A stretch of DNA of 64,000 bases from the human T2T-CHM13v2.0 reference genome, Homo sapiens, in NCBI RefSeq assembly GCF_009914755.1, contig NC_060928.1, one strand, 5' to 3'. The translations under genes were made by a program, and so were the position numbers. Under the pieces are notes generated by a model that saw only the letters and a list, made by a program, of their open reading frames with translations, made no database searches and was not told where the DNA came from. This document shows, one piece after another, positions 55,231 to 64,000 of this stretch (position 1 is the first letter of the stretch; every line of letters begins with the position of its first letter).

Positions 55231-58002
55231 TCTTCCTGACCTTTGTTAATTACAGTGATGATCAAGATAACATAGTGGGAGAATTGGTGAACTGGGACTT
55301 AATTTAAGGGGAGATGGGAAAGGAACACAGTGCCATTTGAAAGTAGCTAGCTGTTCAGACAGGAAGGCTCCTTGGAGCAGATAGGCTTTGGTCTGAGATA
55401 AAACATTTGGGCAACCTTCTAGAATTAAGTCAATAATGCTTCCCTTTTTGTTTTGGGAGAAGAATGTAATTGGTAGTCTTTTGACTTGGGTAATGGACGT
55501 TACCACTCTGTCAGACTCCTTGGTAGGTTTAAAAAGTTGCTGAGAATAAGTTTGCAGATTGGCGTCGGAACCAAAAGAAGTAAGAGTATGAAAACACAGA
55601 CCTTTTCACTTAAAGATCAAAATGATTAGAATGTCTCTAATGAGCCTAGATGGCCTGAGAAAGAAATCTCCACACATTTTCTGACCTCTTTCATCTTTAT
55701 ATCACATTTTTGTTTTTAATATATGATTGTTTTACTAATTTTTAAAAACTCATGTTGATTCATTTTGTTATTTTTCCTCTGCTCTATGGCATACTTTTCT
55801 TAGTGACAGCTCGACAGCTCTTCGAACATCATGTGTTTTTCTGTTTTTGCACCTCTTTTGTCTTTCAGTTGTTAACATATTTGGACTAAGATATTTACAT
55901 ATATCAATAAAATTAGAATTGAGAAGATCCTTTATTTAGCCAAATTTTCTCTGATCTTATCATGAACCTCAGCATCTGTAGATAGCAGTTTCTCAGTTAA
56001 AAAATTATGGTCTACAGAGCAGAGTCAACTGAGTGTCAGCAATTTAAACTGTATTCATCACAAAATACAAATTTGAAGAAAACTGCAAGCAATTTTATTA
56101 AAAAATGTAAAACAGCACAACATTGCAAAATATATTCTTCAGAAAATTGCCAGTGACACAGTGTTAGAAACAGGTACAGGCTAAGAAAATGATTAAGAAT
56201 GTGTATGTGAACCAAAAATAATTATCCCATTTATTTTTTAAGGTACGAATAATTCATATAAAGACATTTTTTATTTTGCTTTAATAACAAATGTTAGTTC
56301 TATATTTCGGCAAGAATATTTTTATATTTTCAGCAATGAATAAAGTTCATTGAACAGCCAATGAGATAATGATATTAAATTGTAAGTCCAATATACATAT
56401 TTCAAAGAAATTATATGATTTTTACTACTTTTCCTCCTCCATTTCATCCTCAAAAATATCCTTTTTGGGATTTTTATATGGTCACACTACCTAGAAATTA
56501 TGCATATGAGAGTATTAAACCCAATGAAACACTTGAATCTAGATAGTGACGGTGGGGGTGCTGGTTTCAGGCAGACTGTAAGAGTGATTTGAGAACCCCT
56601 CTTGAGCCCCTTGCCCTAGTATCTTGAGTATGCTATACCTGTTTGGGTGCAAATTAAAAGAACTCTGTCAGTGAAAAGGTGTCATACTGAGAGGCCAGGG
56701 TTCCTGTGGCAAGGAGCAGACATAGGTGAATATAATCCTAGGAATAAAGAGACTAAATTTCTTTCTCTACCCACCATGTCCAACGTGATGCACTAAGAAG
56801 CTGTCCCCAGACTGGCAGTGGTACCTCATGTCTCTGTCATAGTAGCAGTCGCCTGTCTTCATGGGCTGAATTCTTTCTCAGGATGTTCTTTGGTTCTTCA
56901 TGTAGAGAATGCTGCCGGGACTGACCCATGTCTTTTCTGAATCACCTCTGACATATGACCAGGTTAGGCCATAGATAGACTTTATCTTCAAATAGAGGCT
57001 CTTCCCCCACCATGTATGCAAATAAAGTGGTGATTAATAACTAAGGTAAAATACTTTACATAGATCTTAAATATTTATCCAAAAATCTTGGAAAACAAGA
57101 CTCCTAATACTATACTGCCTTTTAGAAAATTATATTCCACATATTTCACAAAGTAAAACATGACTGCCATGGCAGTATAGTCATCAGTTCATTTCTGAGA
57201 TCTAGAAGTTTTATGTGCCTAAAATTTCACAAATCATTTGAAAGATTGTTCAATTTCTCTAGAAAAGCCGGTATGGCTCAATGAACAGGGCCTTCTTCCT
57301 AAGCTGTGCATCTGGGTAGGATGCTGGCACATGTTCACCTGCAGGATGTCCTGGTTCACAAAAGCTTTTTTTACTTCCTGCTCTCATTTGATAGGAAGCA
57401 GTGAGATGGGGAAGCTTTTCATATGAACATAGAAGCAAGAAGATGTGATCTTATCATTTGATTATGTATTATAAGGACACTTAAAAGAATAGAATGGTGA
57501 GAAAAAAGCTTTCTCCTCTTTAATAAGAGGATCTCAAACAGGCATCTTCCTCATTTTTTAGGTATATTGAAAGACTCTCAAATGGTATAACATAATAATC
57601 CTCAAAAATCTAGTTTTCATCATTTTTTCTACTAGTAATTTGTACATTTCTCTTATTTACATCCCCTTTGAAATTAATTAGCCTATCCTACTTACATGTC
57701 TACTTCTTCAGAGTTAACTCATTTATAAAAACAGATGTTTCCCTGAGGAATATGCTTTCATGCTTGCTTTATGCAGCTCTGGTAAGCCCTGTTCCAACTA
57801 ACTATCTGACATTTCACTCTTCTTAATAGAGAAGTTATGATGGAAGAATATTCACAGCCAAAGTTCAAGCAATTAAGGGAATATTGATTTCCATATGGAA
57901 TCAATGAAAAGCTGGATGTCTGAGCAAGTTAGAGATGACTTAACTTTGGGCCTTTCTATCTTCATTTCCTTATTTATCTTTAAACAAGAAAGAGAACTGT
58001 AT

Positions 58003-58390
58003 TGCATTAGCTTGTAAGGGCTGTGATAACAAAATACCACAGACTGTGTGGCTTAAATGACAGAAATATATAGTCTCACAGTTTGGGATGCTAGAAGCCT
58101 GAGATCAAGGTGTTGGCCGAGTTGATTTTCTAAGGCCTCTCTCCTTGGCTTGCAGATGGCCATTTTCTCCCTGTATCTTCACACAGTCTTTCCTCTCTAG
58201 GTGTCATCTGTGTCTAATCTCCTCTTATTATAAGGATACTAGTCAAATCAGATTTGGGCCCATCCTAATGGCTTCATTTTAAGTTAATTATTTCTTTAAA
58301 GGTGCTATGTCCAAATAGTCACATTCTCAGAGAGTAGGAATTAGAAGTTCACACATGAATTTTGGGAGGGACAAGATTCAGCCCATAACA
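58003..58390 (-). mobile_element. MaLR LTR (MLT1B/C-like)
   Basis: agggctgtgataacaaaataccacagactg..gagatcaaggtgttggc..gggacaagattcagcccataaca. Confidence 0.85.
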
Positions 58391-61300
58391 GAAATCATGG
58401 TTATAACTTTTATTTTTCAATAACAGTACTTTGAAAAATGACATTGTGTCTGTTTCTTCCATTTTAAAAGGAATACAACATGTTTAAGACCACAGAACAT
58501 CTGCATAGGTAAGTATAAATCTTGTTGGCATTTTAATTTTCTCACTGGAAACCTTGTTTTCATGTGCAAGTGCTGAAGGTTCTGGAATATTTTTTCATTA
58601 TTGCTCTCGTTATGAAAGCAGCTGTTCAATGAACACAGCATATTTTGTTACCTCATCAAGAAGCAGAGGAAGATTATGTTGTGATCAAGTTTTGTATAGC
58701 TATAGTCAAAGCTTTTCTGATTGTTTGAGCCTGGTGGTTGATTTAATAGGTATACTCCAGGGCAGTTACTCATCCCTGATATATGTCCAACCCAAAACTC
58801 CAAGTTATTTATGTAAACGATGCTTTATATGCCTTCCATGCAGATAAATCCCAGTTGACAGAACTGTTTAAGAGATGAATGTGCTCCCAACTGGGATTAC
58901 GGTCACAGTATTTATCTATATCAACTTTCATGTTACTTCACTGGCAAATTGGGAGCTTTGGAGGATAAGAGGATAACATATGATCGGGAGAATCTATTTT
59001 CTGCTCTGAAGGTAGTATCTCAACATTTCAGTACACTGTGCATCGAGGAAGACATCAGAAAACAAACAAACAAAACAGTCTTGAGAACAGATGATTTGTC
59101 TTTGAAAAATAAAAACATCTCTAAATCATGGGGAAAATCTAAAACCAGAGCCATTCAGATATACTCAGAAGTTGGAAAATGTTCTTATGTGTAACAAGTT
59201 CTGCATTTTTAGCTTTGGCTGAGGATTTTTTTTTATATGGTAGAATATGAGCCTTATATGTTCTTTACATACACATGATTATTAGAAGATCAAAAAGCTA
59301 CATATGATTTCTGGTTTAAAAATTATGGAGTAGGAACTATGATCTTTCCTCTTCTTTTATAATAAATCACCCAAAAGCTAAAAAATAATGAGACGAAGGT
59401 AAAACAAATGGTAGAGACACATAAAACCTGACAGAGCTGGGAGACACATAAAACCTCAAAACAATAACCACAATCTAAGAAGGGAGTATATTGCTTGTTT
59501 CCTATGGCAAATTCAACTAAAATATCCTTTGATAAGAACAATTTTGCACAAACAATTTAATTTTATTTATATTGTAAGAGACTAGAACAATCCAGAAAGA
59601 AAATTCTATTTTCTTAATATATTTCTAAAACATTCAACAGCATTTTACTTCTTTGACCATGTAAAGGACATATGGATCCTATATTGAAAATGTATGGACC
59701 AAGTTTCCATATATCCAAATAAATTTCCACTATGTTCTAGCTTTATAACTTTGCCCCTATGTAATTCCATGGATATGAAATTATATATGGGAAACACCAA
59801 GATAATTATTTTATGAAGGGAAACTAGTGCTCTCTCATGCTCTATATCCTTTATAAAAATTAAAAGAAGAAGAAGGGGAAAAAAATCCTCATTAATGTAT
59901 GCTGGCAAAACAATGGCAGTCATTTTCCTGGCTGAAAACTAAATTATTGTGCATTGTAGTGTGCATGTCTATGATAAGTAGATTACTATAGATCATTCCG
60001 AGAGGAGGTAGAAGGAAGATTGCACTAACATTAGCTTCTCTGGTATTTGCAGGCTGTAAATTTCGTTGAATGATGGATGCAAAGATGGAAGACAGATGGA
60101 TAGAGGAAAAGACAGAATCAGATACTGGATGAGTTAGTACTGCTGCCTGTGCTTCAGAGCTGTCTTATTACCACAAGGCCGGCAAGCATCAATGTCCCCA
60201 CATCCCCCTCTGCCTCCCCCTGAAATGTACCGATTTATATGAAAATTAAGATTACAAATTAAAGCCTGGCTATCCTGGAGTTTTCCAGTTCATCAGCCAT
60301 CCAATAAAAATGATGTCAAGCCTGTATGCATAATTCCCGGAAGATTACTTTCGTCCTTACAGCTAAGCCCTGTCCCTGATATGAAAGATCTCTATCCACT
60401 TTTATTGAAATAAAGAACTAACATCATAATCCCAATATTGAGGTATAATCTTCATTATCTCCTGACCCTCTTGAGGTTCCCCCAATCTATATTACTTCAG
60501 ATTTGGTTTATGTGTAATCCTTATGTATTTACTTTTATTGAGATAGGATTAAAAACTAAAAAAAAAGCTTCAAAAAATCCTTATGATCTCATGATTGAGT
60601 TTCATTTCACCAACAATCAACTAATGTGTTAGACTGAGTTTTTTTTTAAGTGCTTCTTATAGTTATATAGTCCAAGCTTGAAAAGGCATTAATTGGTCCC
60701 ATGTGTTTCCTGTTTCATTACATGAATTATTTCCAATTCAACTTGGTTTGTGAAATAATGGCATCATCTTCTTTTCCTATTAGAAAAGGTGTGGGAGGGG
60801 GATGTATGAAAAGATAAGCATACACATAAAATAATCCAAAGTAACTTAAATCTCTTTTCTTAGGAAGTTTTGATTCATACCTATAGTTAATTACTGGTAA
60901 ACCACAATCTACCAACCTTTTCTTTCCCCCAGAGCCTTAATAGCCTCTGGCTATGCCTCGGGCTGTTAACTACCAAACTAGTCATTAATGCTGGTCAAGA
61001 TGATTTCTTGGAGATTATTGCTCATTTATTTTTTTAACAGACAAAACAGAATTTGCTTTGCACATGGACTAAAATAATACTTCAGCCATTTTTTTTCCTT
61101 TCAAAAACATAAACACTGATGAAAATCACATTGTACTGTGGTATTTTCAAAGCATTTCATATGTTATTTTAGCTGTATTTTCCAACTGAAAACTGGATTT
61201 GCAATGCTCAGGATTTCCCTGGTAATCATCATGTTTGCTTATTGTTTGCTATTATATTTGGTAAAACACATCTTGATTAAGAGATTTGATGTGTTCTCTA

Positions 61301-61440
61301 TTTACCTGTGCCTCTTATTTTTACCTTTTGTCCAAGGATATGTTAGGAAGATATTTGTTTTTTTAGAATTGAAAACAGGGTATGGAAATAGAAATACTTC
61401 ACTATTGGCATAAAACAGCACTGGAGTGTTTTCTTCTTAA

Positions 61441-61796
<356 letters not shown>

Positions 61797-64000
61797 TATT
61801 CTATCGTTATTGATATAAAATGGGATTCATTATAATTTTTATTGGCTCAATTATTCCTCATCTGTGAACCACTCATTTTCATTCATTCGTGCTTTTACTT
61901 GAGCACCTGCTATTGCCTGGGCACATTCAGAGACAAATTAGAGAATGGAGAAAAAACTGGAAAGACAAAAACAATCTATGATCACTCAGTCATCTTTCTG
62001 CCAAAAAATAATATTCAAACATAAAAACACGTATTGGAATGATTAGGCTTATTAAAATGTTTACTCAACAACTAAAAAGGAAGTGGATGAAACAATATTT
62101 TGGTACCCTTAATATTTTCTGGTTATCAGTTTATTTCTGTGAATTTCCTTATTTTACTCTCGCAACAACTCTACAGTTCCTTAAAGCAACCTTATACTTA
62201 CACCTATTTTGTGGATGTGGAAATTAAGACTTTAGAATTGCTGAAGATATAGAAGAAACAAGAAGGTACTGGAAGAAAAATGCAGAAAAGAAAGCTTCAG
62301 GGGTTCAAATACAACAATGCTCGTTTACTTAGCACCTTAATTCCCGCACTTGCTTATAGACAGAAAATGCCTCTTTCCTTTCTTTTGAAAGTTGTGGCTC
62401 AAGATGGCAGGACACCCCACAGAGTCCCAGTTTAGATCTTGAAACAGGTAGAGTAAGAATGGTTTTGGTTAGGTAGGTTTAACCTACCAACTGGAGGTTT
62501 ATTTGAATTACATCTAAATATTATTTATAGGAGCAAGTCTGCCAGTTATTAATAATTTATGAAAGTTGCTTATTACCAGCTATAATGTAGGTTTTATTGA
62601 CCGATAGATTTAACTATGGGAAGAAGTAGCAGAAAGAGAAAAGGAAGTGAAAAGGTGATATGGGAGTGTGGCTTATTTTGAAAGAATTCTAGTTTTGGCC
62701 AGGGTGTATAATGTAAGCTAGAAAATAATAATACTGAGCACCAGGGATGAGTGAAGAATTCATTTATGTCTTTGGCTTAGTCCAGCGCTATTTGACTTAA
62801 GACAGTGTGTATGGTGTCCTGGAAAAGGTTTATAATTTATAAAGCTTTGAATTCTCAGGGATAAGCCATGAATTACAGGGTGATTTCAAAAGCTTTACAT
62901 TCTAAGATAAGCCACTATTATGCTTTTTCCTCATTAAAGACAGGAGCTTCTGTTTTTTAGCAAAACTGACCCAAATGTCTTTTAATAAGAATTGTACTGG
63001 CATGCAAAAATTTAAACTATAAATACAGTCTGTTTTCATTATTCAGGGTACCCAATTATTATAACAACTACTTTACATTATGAAAATAAAATTCAAGTCA
63101 GTAATAAAAAATACTTTTTTTCTTGAACAAACAGAGGATCCAATACAACTGTCATAAAGTCTTTTTTTCACCTTGCCTTTATAAAAATAGCATCTTTGAC
63201 TTTCTAACAGCTGACAATTTTCTCTTTCATACATTGTCACTCCTAAACCAGCTTTCTAACTCTGAATTCAGATTTCTATCATCTGCTGACAAATGACAAT
63301 TTCAGGTTATTTCATGGCGCTCCTATTAGCCTGCCAAGGATTTAGTTTTGATAGGGTTGCTATCTTTATAAAGCAAGGTATATGCAATTACATATTTCAA
63401 CATTTCCAAAGCAGGTACCTTAGGGTATAACTCTAGGTATAATCTAGAGTGAATGAGTTTAACCTCTGTGATACTACTACCTATTAACTCAATGCAGTTG
63501 AGGCAATGATGCTAATTAGACACACAAAAGCTGTGACGTTTCAGCTTAAATACCTACTGGATACAAGCTTAATCTACCCCATCCCCAACAATTATAAAGA
63601 AGATAATAAAATTAAAGAACATGTATTAAATGTTGAAAAATATATATTAGATTATTGCCTTTCAAGGGCTACACAGACATGAGTAATTTTTAAGGAACTC
63701 AAATTCTGCATTCTCAAGTTCCATATGTATGCCTTTCTAAAATGATCTGCCTAAGAGCAGTTCTATGGGGCTGCCTCTTTCTCACCTTTCTTTCACATTA
63801 ATCTATCTGCCACTTTACAAAAGAGATGTACCTCTCACCCACTGGGAATCTTACTAAGCGACACTGTCCCAGGATGCAAAAACGTCTTGATTGCCAAAGG
63901 AGCAATTAGAAATATTTGTTTATTAAAGACCTCCTTATACAAGAGAGTACGTGATTTTTCAAAATTCTTTATAACATTTATTATTTAACAAACAGTCAAA

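Overview
Human genomic DNA (a human-specific AluYb8 is present). It is AT-rich, repeat-dense intronic or intergenic sequence, and I recognise no host protein-coding gene. The long ORFs come from retroelements: L1 ORF2, an ERV env, and GC-rich MER52 LTR or L1 5'UTR sequence. Best-supported structures: (1) an HERV-I/LTR10F env + 3'LTR segment that ends in poly(A) inside a 17-bp target-site duplication (TSD), i.e. an ERV transcript apparently retrotransposed in trans by L1, keeping an open TM-subunit frame and an AP-1-motif tandem repeat; (2) a twin-primed (5'-inverted) L1PA2 with all junctions readable; (3) an AluYb8 with a TSD, inserted into a 19-bp tandem repeat; (4) an old ~145-bp local duplication, later interrupted by a MER30B-like transposon; (5) two co-oriented MER52 solo LTRs; (6) a mosaic L1 at the left end. 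Several splice-site-like and poly(A) signals hint at non-coding transcripts, but these are weak. I found no convincing wholly new biological system. Repeat subfamily names are from memory of consensus sequences and need RepeatMasker/Dfam confirmation; boundaries of old repeats are approximate.
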